Below the pieces are notes generated by a model, which was not told the DNA's origin, searched no databases, and saw only the letters and a program-made list of their open reading frames with translations. The translations under genes and the position numbers were made by a program. A stretch of 64,000 nt of DNA from Candidatus Kapaibacterium sp. GTDB lineage: Bacteria > Patescibacteriota > Patescibacteriia > UBA9934. Positions 53,756-63,375 of the stretch are shown in pieces. How positions within the stretch are numbered: position 1 is the stretch's first letter; each line of letters opens with the position of its first letter. The DNA is taken from positions 49,809 through 113,808 of the forward strand of contig JBILHA010000001.1 in NCBI GenBank assembly GCA_044350705.1, in the 5' to 3' direction.

Positions 53756-55349
53756 AGGAAGAAGACATGACAAGAGTTCCTGAATTTTCACCGAGAATGA
53801 CTACGAAATCCGCACTTGTTTCTGTGCGATAACTTTCGATGCTCGTTGCTTCCCATATCGCATCGGGAGCTATTTCTTTCGCGACAAGCGCGCCTGCACT
53901 GGTCATGACGATATCTGCATTTAAGTAATCTTTTAATGCGGCAAGCTCTTTATCTTTTTTTCCTCCGGTAAAATCAAAGATGGTTGTTGTCGTCCAGTTG
54001 GTATTTGTTGCATTTCCTATTGCGGAAATTCCATAGCCAGAGCTTTGGAGAAGTTGTGCCGTTTGTGATGCGAGGCCAACTTGTTTTGTGCCATTTTGTA
54101 TTTCAACCGTCACGCTTGGGAGCGGTGCGCTTTGAGGGGCGGTGCTCAGTGTTGTGCTACTTCCTGATGAGGAGAAGATATTGTCTGCGAGTTGTTTAAA
54201 TTCGCTCCAATCTTCTTTTCGAGGCCAGAGCACGTAGGCATTTCCGAGGTAGCTGTTGTAGACGAGTCCGCTGCTTGCATCAATGACATGTGAAGCGATT
54301 GCATCGGTTTTTACCTTATCGGCATATTTCGCCAGGCTCATCATGTCCCACACGGTCATGTTGGTTGTAACGTTGTTTCGCACGACGTCGACAATATTTT
54401 GGAGTTTTCCAGGATTGAGTAATACGCCTAATGAGAGCGCCTTTTCTTTCCAGGCAAGCAATACTTTTTGCTGTCGGGCTGCGCGTGCAAAATCTGATCC
54501 TTCTCCATTGTTTCCTTTGCGAGAGCGCGCATATTTTAACGCGCTTTCACCATTCATGTGGGTGATCCCTTCGGTAAAAGAGAGTACTTCATATCTACAG
54601 CCGTATCCTGACTGTGTACTCGGGGAAGATGGTTCTTCAGATTCGTCGTTTGATTCTTCCGTTGTCGGTGTTGCGGAGGTGCATACGGCATCTTCCATGC
54701 CGTGAATAGGATATTGATAATCAGTAAATGCCGTTTCTACATATACATCAATTCCTCCAATGGCATCGATGATTTCAGAGAAGCTCGAGAAATCTACTTT
54801 TACCGTGTAGTCGATTGTTTCATCCATGATGGATTCTACGGTTTCCGTAATCGCTTCAATGCCTGATCCTGGAGCATCTTGTTCAGCGTATGCATTCACC
54901 GCATTTATTTTGGTATATCCATGCCCCTGTACAAGAAGCGTGAGATCGCGAGGAATAGATATCATACCGACCTCTCCCGTGGAGGGTTTGAAGCTTCCGA
55001 GAATCATGGTGTCCGTTAGTTCAGCTCCTGCATGTCCTGCGCCTCCAATTCCCAAGAGGAGTACATTAATGCGGTCATCTGCTGCGGCATCGGTTGATCG
55101 ATCATTTGCTCCTACGAGATGTCTGAGCGAGGTGAAAAAGGATCGCCCTCCTTCTATTTCACTGGGAGAAGTATGCGCGATACCATAAGAAAATATTCCA
55201 ACACCAAGCACGCTTATTGCAAGTGCAAAAAGACTCAGGCGAAGTCCGTAACGAGGTTTCTTGTGAGTAGGCTCATGAGAAACTGGCTCGTTTTGAGGAG
55301 AGAATTCTCGCTGTGGTTTGAGGAAATCTACTGATTCGTGCTCGTGCAT
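53745..55349 (-). CDS. LytR-CpsA-Psr (LCP) family cell-envelope phosphotransferase with C-terminal extension
   Basis: N-terminal TM. LCP core NVLLLGIGGAG ... ISIPRD. Confidence 0.78.
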   Translation of the reverse strand: MHEHESVDFLKPQREFSPQNEPVSHEPTHKKPRYGLRLSLFALAISVLGVGIFSYGIAHTSPSEIEGGRSFFTSLRHLVGANDRSTDAAADDRINVLLLGIGGAGHAGAELTDTMILGSFKPSTGEVGMISIPRDLTLLVQGHGYTKINAVNAYAEQDAPGSGIEAITETVESIMDETIDYTVKVDFSSFSEIIDAIGGIDVYVETAFTDYQYPIHGMEDAVCTSATPTTEESNDESEEPSSPSTQSGYGCRYEVLSFTEGITHMNGESALKYARSRKGNNGEGSDFARAARQQKVLLAWKEKALSLGVLLNPGKLQNIVDVVRNNVTTNMTVWDMMSLAKYADKVKTDAIASHVIDASSGLVYNSYLGNAYVLWPRKEDWSEFKQLADNIFSSSGSSTTLSTAPQSAPLPSVTVEIQNGTKQVGLASQTAQLLQSSGYGISAIGNATNTNWTTTTIFDFTGGKKDKELAALKDYLNADIVMTSAGALVAKEIAPDAIWEATSIESYRTETSADFVVILGENSGTLVMSSSYVR

Positions 55350-55497
55350 ACCGCTATGAAGAAGTATACCTTATCAGAAAGGCGTGAAAATAGGGAGAGA
55401 GTAAGGTGTTGGAGGAGAAAGTGGATAGCGGGAGGGATGGGGAGTGGGGGTGTGTTATTCTGAATAAAATTCTTTTTCCTCCTTAATATAAGGAAAT

Positions 55498-56286
55498 ATG
55501 CCTTCCAATTCTTCCTCGTTTTGGCCACAGTGGGACGATCAACCCGTATTTACGGTTTTACTTGCACTTCTTCTTGCTGCCGGAGTCGTGTGGGCAGGAG
55601 CATCTGCGGGTAAGGCATTTCAAGAAGCGCAGCGTGTGGGGTATGGTGAACAGATGTCGCCCAGTATTTCGGTCAATGCAGAAGGAACTGCGGTAGTAAA
55701 GAATGACATTGGTACGGTTGATATCGGTATTACAAAGACCGCTTCTACTGCCACGGAAGCTCAGACGACCGCAACGGAGGCGATGAATGCTTTAACAAAT
55801 GCTCTTCGTCAATTAGGCATTCCTTCTGAGGATCTTCAAACTTCCTCGTACAATGTTTATCCGCAGTACGATTATAATAATTCTCCTGCGCAGATTGTAG
55901 GATATGAAGCGAGCCAGATGCTTACCGTGAAGGTCCGCAATAGTGAATTGGTGAGCTCGGTACTGGGGAAAGCGGGAGAGATGGGCGCTACCAATATAAG
56001 CAGCCTTCGTTTTGAGGCAGATGACGATACTCAGGCGGTACAAGAGGCCCGTGAAGAAGCGATTGATCGTGCGCGTGAACAGGCACAAGCTACTGCTGAC
56101 GCTATGGGAGCCCGTTTGGGAGAAGTCATCTCCTATTCTGAAAGTCGAGGAGACATGGGCTATCCGTATGCGCACTCTTATGCAGAGGCTGCAATAGATA
56201 GTGCAATGGGTGGTGTAAATCCGAGTGTTCAGATGGGTCAGAGCGAGGTGCAGTTGTACGTTTATCTTACGTACAGCATTGAATAA
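55498..56286 (+). CDS. SIMPL/DUF541 domain protein
   Basis: N-terminal TM. DUF541 pattern across about 230 aa. Confidence 0.65.
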   Translation: MPSNSSSFWPQWDDQPVFTVLLALLLAAGVVWAGASAGKAFQEAQRVGYGEQMSPSISVNAEGTAVVKNDIGTVDIGITKTASTATEAQTTATEAMNALTNALRQLGIPSEDLQTSSYNVYPQYDYNNSPAQIVGYEASQMLTVKVRNSELVSSVLGKAGEMGATNISSLRFEADDDTQAVQEAREEAIDRAREQAQATADAMGARLGEVISYSESRGDMGYPYAHSYAEAAIDSAMGGVNPSVQMGQSEVQLYVYLTYSIE

Positions 56287-56292
56287 TGATGG

Positions 56293-56332
56293 ATATTCCT
56301 CCGCTTCTGAAAAGAAGCGGAGGATTTTTCGT
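56293..56332 (+). terminator. intrinsic terminator
   Basis: tcctccgcttc-tgaaaa-gaagcggagga followed by ttttt. Confidence 0.65.
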
Positions 56333-56347
56333 TTATACTATTCCCAT

Positions 56348-57616
56348 ATGGCAGATCGTATCTCACACATTCATGCTCATGAGATTCTTGATTCCCGGGG
56401 TAATCCTACGGTGCATGTGCAGATTACCTTGAAAAGTGGTCGTACCGGGGTCGCATCGGTTCCTTCTGGAGCTTCAACCGGGTCACATGAAGCGCTTGAG
56501 CTTCGCGATGGAGACAAGAAGCGTTACCGAGGTTTGGGGGTGAGAAAAGCCATTGATCGCATTCATGATCGAATTTTTCCGATCCTTCGAGGAATGGATA
56601 TTGCTGATCAACGAGGTTTGGATGACGCGATGCGGATTTTGGACGGAACGGCAAATAAGCGTTCGCTCGGCGCCAATGCAATTCTTGGCGTTTCTCTTGC
56701 GGCTGCACATGCTGGGGCAAAGAGCGGCGGTTTGCCGCTTTATGAATATTTTCGTGAGACGTTTGGTTTGCGCTATAAAGGCTTTAAGCTTCCTACGCCA
56801 CTCATGAATGTTTTTAATGGAGGTCGCCATGCAGATACGAATCTCGACATGCAGGAATTTATCGTTATCCCTCATGGATTTACTTCTTTTTCTCGAAAAC
56901 TTCAGGCAGGGAGTGAGATTTTTCATGCACTCGGAGAAGTGTTGCGAGAAGACGGTCTTGATACGGATGTAGGAAATGAAGGGGGATATGCTCCTGATGT
57001 AGGAAAGACTGAGAATGCCTTGGAATATTTAGCGGCTGCAGTAAAACGTGCGAAATATAAACTAGGGAAACAGATAGGTTTTGGTATTGATGTTGCTGCA
57101 AGCGAGTTTTATGATGAGCGATCGCAGAAATATATTCTTCATACGGATCGTCGGAAAATGACTGCTCCGCAGATGATTAAACTCTATGAAGCATGGACGG
57201 TGAAGTATCCCATGATTTCTCTTGAAGATGGTCTGGCGGAAGATGATTGGGAACATTGGAAGATGCTTACGCGCCAGCTTGGAGATGATGTACTCCTTAT
57301 TGGTGATGATTTGTTTGTTACCAATGTGGAACGCTTGCAGAAAGGAATAGATGAAGGGGTGGCAAACACTATCCTTATTAAGCCAAATCAGATCGGAACG
57401 CTTACGGAAACGATAGATGCGATTCTTCTTGCTCAGCAGCATGCGTATAAAGTAGTCATTTCTCATCGTTCCGGTGAAACGACAGATACTACTATTTCTG
57501 ATATCGCGGTTGCGGTGAATGCGGAATACATTAAAGCGGGCGCTCCTTCTCGTTCTGAGCGTCTTGCAAAATACAATCGGCTTTTAGAGATTGAGGAAGA
57601 ATTGCATACGAGATAA
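56348..57616 (+). CDS. eno: enolase
   Basis: ILDSRGNPTV ... SHRSGETED-type motif (SHRSGETTD). Confidence 0.95.
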   Translation: MADRISHIHAHEILDSRGNPTVHVQITLKSGRTGVASVPSGASTGSHEALELRDGDKKRYRGLGVRKAIDRIHDRIFPILRGMDIADQRGLDDAMRILDGTANKRSLGANAILGVSLAAAHAGAKSGGLPLYEYFRETFGLRYKGFKLPTPLMNVFNGGRHADTNLDMQEFIVIPHGFTSFSRKLQAGSEIFHALGEVLREDGLDTDVGNEGGYAPDVGKTENALEYLAAAVKRAKYKLGKQIGFGIDVAASEFYDERSQKYILHTDRRKMTAPQMIKLYEAWTVKYPMISLEDGLAEDDWEHWKMLTRQLGDDVLLIGDDLFVTNVERLQKGIDEGVANTILIKPNQIGTLTETIDAILLAQQHAYKVVISHRSGETTDTTISDIAVAVNAEYIKAGAPSRSERLAKYNRLLEIEEELHTR

Positions 57617-57650
57617 AAAACACCCCGTCTTTTCAAAGACGGGGTGTTTT
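57617..57650. terminator. bidirectional terminator between eno and lexA
   Basis: aaaaaacaccccgtctt-ttcaa-agacggggtgtttt. Confidence 0.65.
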
Positions 57651-58266
57651 AAAAGCGTCTGAGGACGGCTCGTACAATGCCTTGGATGTTGATGTCACCA
57701 TAGACATAGATAGGCTCCATGGTGCTGTTTGCGGGTTGGAGACGGATGCGACCCGGTTCTCGGTAGAAGCGTTTGAGGGTAGCATATGCGTTATCAAGGA
57801 GGGCGACGACGATATCTCCATTTTTTGGAGAAGGATTTCGTTCTACGATGACATAGTCTCCATCAAAGATGCCGTCTTCAATCATGGAGCGTCCTTTTAC
57901 TTTCAGCACATATGAGTTCATTGCATCGACTACAAAATCTGCAGGAACTCCAATGGCATCTCTTTCCTCAATTGCTTCAATAGGCTCTCCTGCGGTAATG
58001 AGTCCTGCGAGGGGGAGCATGACTGACATGGGGATGAGTTGTTCGGTTTCAACCACCTCGATAGACCGTGCGATGCCGTGTTCTCCTGTATTAATCACCC
58101 CCTTTTCGCAAAGGGCCTGGATGTGTTGATGTACGGTTGCGGGGGAAGAGAGGCCGAGTTGTGCGGCTATCTCTCGATATGAAGGGGTATAGCCATTCTC
58201 TTTTACGAAAACTTCAATAACCTCAAGCACTCGGCGTTGCTGTTTGGTAAGTGGAGGGAGAGACAT
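57649..58266 (-). CDS. lexA: LexA repressor
   Basis: N-terminal winged HTH. C-terminal S24 peptidase with Ala-Gly cleavage region and Ser-Lys dyad (KVKGRSM ... K). Confidence 0.85.
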   Translation of the reverse strand: MSLPPLTKQQRRVLEVIEVFVKENGYTPSYREIAAQLGLSSPATVHQHIQALCEKGVINTGEHGIARSIEVVETEQLIPMSVMLPLAGLITAGEPIEAIEERDAIGVPADFVVDAMNSYVLKVKGRSMIEDGIFDGDYVIVERNPSPKNGDIVVALLDNAYATLKRFYREPGRIRLQPANSTMEPIYVYGDINIQGIVRAVLRRF

Positions 58267-58283
58267 ATGCACGTAGTATATAC

Positions 58284-58314
58284 GAACAAAATACGAACAT
58301 CCACAGATTGTGGA
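58284..58314. promoter_or_regulatory. candidate LexA operator(s): GTTC-N7-GTTC direct repeat (lexA strand) plus palindrome TCCACAgatTGTGGA
   Basis: cgaacaaaatacgaac read on the plus strand gives GTTCgtattttGTTC on the lexA strand, 17 nt upstream of its ATG. The palindrome lies at 58300-58314. Confidence 0.4.
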
Positions 58315-58364
58315 CAAGTTCAAAGGAAAACATTCTCGGTCTCCTTTACACTGCGACTCAATAT

Positions 58365-59396
58365 ATGAAAAAGGCGGTTGAGGCACCTCTTCTTGGACAT
58401 CCCGATAAAGTTTGTGATCTTTTGGTTGAGTCGATTGTTGATGAATATATTCGTCGTGATCCTTTTTCGCAACTTGATATTCAAGCGCTTGGTACCAATG
58501 GAATGGTTATGGTGGGGGGAGTAGTCGAGTCACAAGCTGATTTTGCGGTTATCGATATTGTTCGAGACGCGTACCGTACTGTTGGGTATGAAGATACTCC
58601 TGAATTTTTTGTAAATGTTGAAAAGCCTCGACCGGAACCTCGTCGGCAAACGAAGCGAGAAGGTGCGCAAGGTACTGCGATTTTATATGGGTATGCTACG
58701 AATAAGACGCGTGAAATGCTTCCTCCTGCGGTAGTGTATGCGCGCGCGATCGCTTCACGCATTGATGACCTCCGTTTTTCAGACCCCCGCTTTTCCTGGT
58801 TGCGTCCTGATGGAAAGGTGCAGCTGGTTATGGATGATGATCGTGTTTCTCATGTGACGGTTATTGCATCTCACCGTCAGGATATGGATGTACATCAGGT
58901 GCAGGGGTTACTTTTTGAACATGTCCTTGTCCCTATTCTTGGCTCTTCTGACGGGGTTCAATTATTTATTAATCCTGCCGGGGCATTCACTACAGGCGGT
59001 TTTTCTTTGAACGCAGGTGTTTCTGGCCGTAAGGTTCTCGCTGATTTATATGGAGGCCTTTTGCCGCACGGGGGCGTTTCTTTGGCGGGAAAGGATCCGC
59101 TTAAACCTGCGCGTGCTGGGACCTATATGGCTCGCTATGTTGCAAAACAGCTTGTTCAAGAAGGGGTTTCTGATCAGGTGTTAGTTCAGGTGGTGTACAC
59201 TGCGGGTCTTGCGACTCCATCATTCGTACAAGCGGTTACCAGTGCTGGAGAGGATGTTTCTGGACTTGTGCATGAGCGGTATGATTTTCGTCCTGAAGCC
59301 ATTGTAGAACGTTTCCATTTACGTCGCCCGGTATACGCGGGTATGCTCAGAAGTGGCAGCTTGGGTGTGAACGCCTTGCCGTGGGAAAGCGTTTAA
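58365..59396 (+). CDS. S-adenosylmethionine synthetase-like protein (divergent, short, several conserved Asp replaced)
   Basis: GHPDKVCD, WLRPDGK, GGVSLAGKDP ... ARYVAKQLV align with MetK. The GAGDQG motif reads GAQGTA, GDCGLTGRK reads NAGVSGRK, KVDRS reads KPARA. 343 aa. Confidence 0.7.
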   Translation: MKKAVEAPLLGHPDKVCDLLVESIVDEYIRRDPFSQLDIQALGTNGMVMVGGVVESQADFAVIDIVRDAYRTVGYEDTPEFFVNVEKPRPEPRRQTKREGAQGTAILYGYATNKTREMLPPAVVYARAIASRIDDLRFSDPRFSWLRPDGKVQLVMDDDRVSHVTVIASHRQDMDVHQVQGLLFEHVLVPILGSSDGVQLFINPAGAFTTGGFSLNAGVSGRKVLADLYGGLLPHGGVSLAGKDPLKPARAGTYMARYVAKQLVQEGVSDQVLVQVVYTAGLATPSFVQAVTSAGEDVSGLVHERYDFRPEAIVERFHLRRPVYAGMLRSGSLGVNALPWESV

Positions 59397-59418
59397 CCCT
59401 GCTATACTTCTTCTATCT

Positions 59419-60294
59419 TTGTATATGGAACATCCTTCTTTGCCCCCGACCCCCTCATCGTCTTCACTTTCACAGCCGGCGGATGCTCGCCAGGTTCTTT
59501 TGCCGGTTCTCGCAGGAATCGCACTTCTTGCTGTTGGAGTATTTGTCTATTTTCAATTTTTTTCTCAAGATCCAAAGAGCGCTTTTCACGAAGAGCCTTC
59601 AGGAGAGGTGCAGGAGGGCGCGGATGAAGCGTCTGAAAAAGACGCCGTATATCAGGCGGATTATGATGAAGGATATTCTGCGGGATATGCGGATGGCCGT
59701 TCAGTGAATGGTGAGTTCTATGATAGCTATGACGAGCCTGCTACGCTTGAGCGTCAAGACGGATATTTTGAAGGGTATTTCGCGGGTTTTCTTCGTGGCT
59801 GTGAAGAGGGTGACTTCGACTGTTCTGCGATAGAGAATTATCGCATTGATTATGATGCAGGATATGATGCGGGGTACCTTGATGGTTACGAGGAGTTTGG
59901 AACATTTTTTGATTCTTACGCTGAGCCATTAGAAGAGTATCGGCAGCGAGCCTATCTTACCGGATATTTTGATGGCTTTCTTGGAGGATGCGAGGATGGG
60001 GGATTTGATTGTTCTGAGGTACAAGCGCATCGAGATGTTTATGATGCGGCCTATGAGGTTGGATATGCGGATGGGGAATCTCCTTCCGCGGAATTTCTTG
60101 ATTCCTATGCAGAACCTCTTCGTGAAGATTTTTTAGGAAGTTACAACGAGGGCTATTTTGATGGTTTTCTGGACGGTTGTTATGAAGGTAATTTTGATTG
60201 TACCGAAGTTTCTCAGTATCGAGATCAGTTAGCGCAGGAAAATGCTGAAAATGCGAATAGTGCAGGGGAAGAGTCTGTACCTGAGGTACACTAG
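59419..60294 (+). CDS. hypothetical membrane-anchored protein with three acidic Tyr/Gly-rich repeats, each with a Cys pair
   Basis: N-terminal TM then three repeats of about 60 aa containing GY(F/L)(E/D)GF(L)xGCxEGxFDC(S/T). Confidence 0.5.
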   Translation: MYMEHPSLPPTPSSSSLSQPADARQVLLPVLAGIALLAVGVFVYFQFFSQDPKSAFHEEPSGEVQEGADEASEKDAVYQADYDEGYSAGYADGRSVNGEFYDSYDEPATLERQDGYFEGYFAGFLRGCEEGDFDCSAIENYRIDYDAGYDAGYLDGYEEFGTFFDSYAEPLEEYRQRAYLTGYFDGFLGGCEDGGFDCSEVQAHRDVYDAAYEVGYADGESPSAEFLDSYAEPLREDFLGSYNEGYFDGFLDGCYEGNFDCTEVSQYRDQLAQENAENANSAGEESVPEVH

Positions 60295-60298
60295 AGCC

Positions 60299-61018
60299 AT
60301 GAATATTGGAGGCATTTTTCTTACTGCATTTTGTGCCATTGCTGCGTCCCTTATCAGCATTCATTTTTTTATTGATCCTGAACCTGAAATGCGTAAGCTT
60401 GTAAGTGCGGATGGACAATTTTCTCTTGAAGGGAAGGTCTATGAGGCGCAATCCCTTTCTCTTCACCAGCAGCAGGTTGAGATAGTCTCTCCTCTTTTGG
60501 CTCCGCGATACACGCTTTCTCCGCAAGAGACGCGTTTTTCCGAACCCATTCTCGGTTCTTTTTCTTCTTCGGAAGGCGCTGATCAGTGGTATTTTTTTGA
60601 TGAACGAGGATTTTGGATACCGCTTGTTCAGCAAGAGGAAGGAGAAAGGGTGCGAGTTAAGGTTTCTTCAGCGGGTACATACGCTCCGGGAAAAGCTTTA
60701 TCGATCGAAGTTCCTACGTTTATTGATGTGGTAAGTGCGCTTCGTTCTCGTGTTCCTGAACATGCAGTCTCGTATGTCATTCGCTTAATAGCGCGTCCTC
60801 ATCAAGGCGCTCCAATTCTACTTTCAGATGCGGTGGAAAGAGGGGGGTGTGGTGGACTTCCCACGGTAAGTGAACAAACCGTAACGACGCAGGAAGAGCG
60901 CACCGTGCAGGTACTTGTTAATGACGTATTCTCCGAGACGACGTTTACTTTTTATATGGAGATTGGAGTTACTCCGAATGGTTGTCCTGAGGATATGCCT
61001 CTTCAGGTAATTTTGTAG
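60299..61018 (+). CDS. hypothetical membrane-anchored protein
   Basis: N-terminal TM. No family recognised. Confidence 0.4.
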   Translation: MNIGGIFLTAFCAIAASLISIHFFIDPEPEMRKLVSADGQFSLEGKVYEAQSLSLHQQQVEIVSPLLAPRYTLSPQETRFSEPILGSFSSSEGADQWYFFDERGFWIPLVQQEEGERVRVKVSSAGTYAPGKALSIEVPTFIDVVSALRSRVPEHAVSYVIRLIARPHQGAPILLSDAVERGGCGGLPTVSEQTVTTQEERTVQVLVNDVFSETTFTFYMEIGVTPNGCPEDMPLQVIL

Positions 61019-61333
61019 ATGTTATACTCATCACTGAATTATCTTTTTTCTATGCCAGCTTCTTCTCGCAAAACCTCTTCTCGTAAAGCTCCCGCTTCTG
61101 TGCAACGTATTACGCGTGCAGCGGTTTATCCGGTAAAGCAAGCCCATGGCGGTGTTTGTCATAGCTGTAACGCCCTTCCTGCAGGAAGTATTGAAGTTGC
61201 TGCGATTCTTTTAGTGCTTGTTTTTTCTCTTTCTGCTGTTTTGTTTACTTCGGTCTACGCTACGAAGGTGCAAACATCTAAAGTGCAGGCGCTCGAAGCA
61301 CAGTTGTCCACTTATCAGCCCGAGCAAAAATAG
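61019..61333 (+). CDS. hypothetical small single-TM protein (FtsL/FtsB-like topology?)
   Basis: Basic N-terminus, one TM, then C-terminal coiled coil KVQALEAQLSTYQPEQK. Alternative start at 61052. Confidence 0.3.
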   Translation: MLYSSLNYLFSMPASSRKTSSRKAPASVQRITRAAVYPVKQAHGGVCHSCNALPAGSIEVAAILLVLVFSLSAVLFTSVYATKVQTSKVQALEAQLSTYQPEQK

Positions 61334-61335
61334 CT

Positions 61336-61962
61336 ATGCGAGGATTTTTTTCTCTTCTTTTTGTTGGAGGATGTCTTTTATTGGTAGGCGCTGGGTGTGC
61401 TGCGAGCCCCCTTGCTCTTACTCCCCGCGAGGAAGTATCATCTCCAGACGAAAATACAGAAATAACTCCTTCCGCACCTATGCCACAATGGTCATATCAG
61501 GGACAGCTTCCTCAGGAGAGAATTACAGGAAAGATCGCTCGCATTTCAACAAAATACGGAGATATTTCCATTCGTCTTTTTGCAGATACTGCTCCGCTTA
61601 CGGTTTCCAACTTTGTTTATCTCGCTGAGAGTGACTATTTCAATGGTCTTATTTTTCACCGACGTGAGGAAGGGTTCGTTATTCAGGGCGGAGATCCTCA
61701 GGGGAATGGAACTGGCGGCCCTGGGTATACGTTTGAGGATGAATTAAATGATGACTATACCTACAAGCGAGGTATTGTTGCTATGGCGAACCGTGGTCCT
61801 GATACGAACGGAAGCCAATTCTTTATCATGCTTGATGACGCTCCTCTTCCTAAAGCCTATTCCATCTTTGGTGAGGTTATCGAGGGTATGGAGGTTGTTG
61901 ATCAAATCCGTCGAGGAGATGTTATGACCGAAGTGACTATTGTTGCTGACGCCCAGGAATAG
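61336..61962 (+). CDS. peptidyl-prolyl cis-trans isomerase, cyclophilin type (lipoprotein signal)
   Basis: Lipobox LLVGAGC. Cyclophilin motifs FHRREEGFVIQGGDP, GSQFFI. Confidence 0.85.
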   Translation: MRGFFSLLFVGGCLLLVGAGCAASPLALTPREEVSSPDENTEITPSAPMPQWSYQGQLPQERITGKIARISTKYGDISIRLFADTAPLTVSNFVYLAESDYFNGLIFHRREEGFVIQGGDPQGNGTGGPGYTFEDELNDDYTYKRGIVAMANRGPDTNGSQFFIMLDDAPLPKAYSIFGEVIEGMEVVDQIRRGDVMTEVTIVADAQE

Positions 61963-61980
61963 GTCTGGTATCCTCTTGGC

Positions 61981-63375
61981 ATGGCCACGCATTTTACCAA
62001 GCACAGCTTTTATCGATACGCAAAGTGTCCTTCCTGGATTGGTCATGACGCTCGTCATGATCATCCAGAAGATGCTTTGCGTATTCGTTTGCAGGAAGAT
62101 GGTCTTCTTCCTGAAGTGGAGCGTTTGTTGTTGCAGCAGCGGGGGACGATGGTGGTAGAGGTTGTTGCGGATGATTTGGACGAAGCGATGCAGCAAACGC
62201 TTCGATATATGAAAGAAGGAGCGCAGACTATTTATCGTCCGGTGCTCATGATAGACCATGCGGTTGCGCGTCCTGATTTTTTAGAGCGAGTGCAGGGCGC
62301 TTCTTTCTTTGGGAGATATTATTATGTTGCGTGCGATATTAAGCGCTCCCGCTCTTTGAAGCCCGAGTACAAATTGCAGGGTTGCTTTTATGCTGATGTG
62401 TTAGAGATGATTCAGAAAACGAAGCCTGTACAGGGGTATGTCATGAATAGCAAGGGGCAGATTCACTCCTATCTTCTTGCGGAAGCTGAGGTGGAGTATC
62501 AGCTTTCCAAGGATACCATTCTTCGTATTCTCTCTGGAGAAAGTGAGCCGCATTTTCTCACGTCTGATTGCAAGCAGTCGCCCTGGTTTTCTGCTTGTAA
62601 AACTGAAGCGGTAGTCTGTGATGATATTTCTCGCATTAATCGTATTTGGCGGAGTGAGGCTGATATTCTACGTGGTGCAGGATTTGGTACCCTGAGCGCA
62701 TTTGCGCAAACTCATCCAGATCTTATTTTCGGGAAGATAGCTGGTATTTCTCAGGAGCGCCTTCGCTTTTTGCATATGCAGGCGCGCGCGCTTTTTACGG
62801 GTGAAGTTACGCTGGTGCGGCCTGTTGATCTCCCCCCTTCTCATCAATGTATTGTTATTGACGTTGAAAGTGATCCTCTTCGTGATTTGGATTATTTATT
62901 TGGTGTTTTAGTCGTAGAGGGGGATAAGGCTGAATATCATAGTTTTTTGGCGGAGCGTCCTGAAGATGAGCGGCAAGCATGGGAGCGTTTCATTGCGTTT
63001 ATTCGATCGTACGTTGGTTATCCTCTTTATCATTACGGATGGTCTGAACAGGATATTTTTCGTAGGCTTGGAGAGAAATATGGTACTGATCCCGAGGTGC
63101 GTTCTCTCCTTGCGGATCAGGGGGTAGATTTGCTGGTTTGCCTTCGAGATAGTGTGATTTTTCCTCTTTCCTTTTATTCTCTTAAAGATATTGCCCAGTA
63201 CCTAGGTTTTTCTTGGCGGCATGATGAAGCTTCCGGTCTTAATTCGGTTTTGTGGTATGAGCGTTGGCTTACTCAAGGAGATAAAACTGCGCTTCAAGAT
63301 GTCATGATGTATAACGAAGATGATGTTCGTGCTACGCTCCACGTCCTACGATGGGCTGAGCGGCAACGCGTATGA
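61981..63375 (+). CDS. RecB-family nuclease, TM0106-like (PD-(D/E)xK domain + RNase H-like exonuclease domain)
   Basis: N-terminal PDFLERV ... YVACDIKR (D, E, D-x-K). C-terminal IVIDVESDP ... YHYGWSEQ ... DSVIFP ... YNEDDV (DnaQ/YprB-like). Confidence 0.55.
   Translation: MATHFTKHSFYRYAKCPSWIGHDARHDHPEDALRIRLQEDGLLPEVERLLLQQRGTMVVEVVADDLDEAMQQTLRYMKEGAQTIYRPVLMIDHAVARPDFLERVQGASFFGRYYYVACDIKRSRSLKPEYKLQGCFYADVLEMIQKTKPVQGYVMNSKGQIHSYLLAEAEVEYQLSKDTILRILSGESEPHFLTSDCKQSPWFSACKTEAVVCDDISRINRIWRSEADILRGAGFGTLSAFAQTHPDLIFGKIAGISQERLRFLHMQARALFTGEVTLVRPVDLPPSHQCIVIDVESDPLRDLDYLFGVLVVEGDKAEYHSFLAERPEDERQAWERFIAFIRSYVGYPLYHYGWSEQDIFRRLGEKYGTDPEVRSLLADQGVDLLVCLRDSVIFPLSFYSLKDIAQYLGFSWRHDEASGLNSVLWYERWLTQGDKTALQDVMMYNEDDVRATLHVLRWAERQRV

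Noticed and set aside
55425-55460. G-run block gggagggatggggagtgggggtgtg as an independent feature
   Set aside because: Only loosely related to the exact 13-mer family. Mentioned under the G-rich repeat finding rather than called separately.
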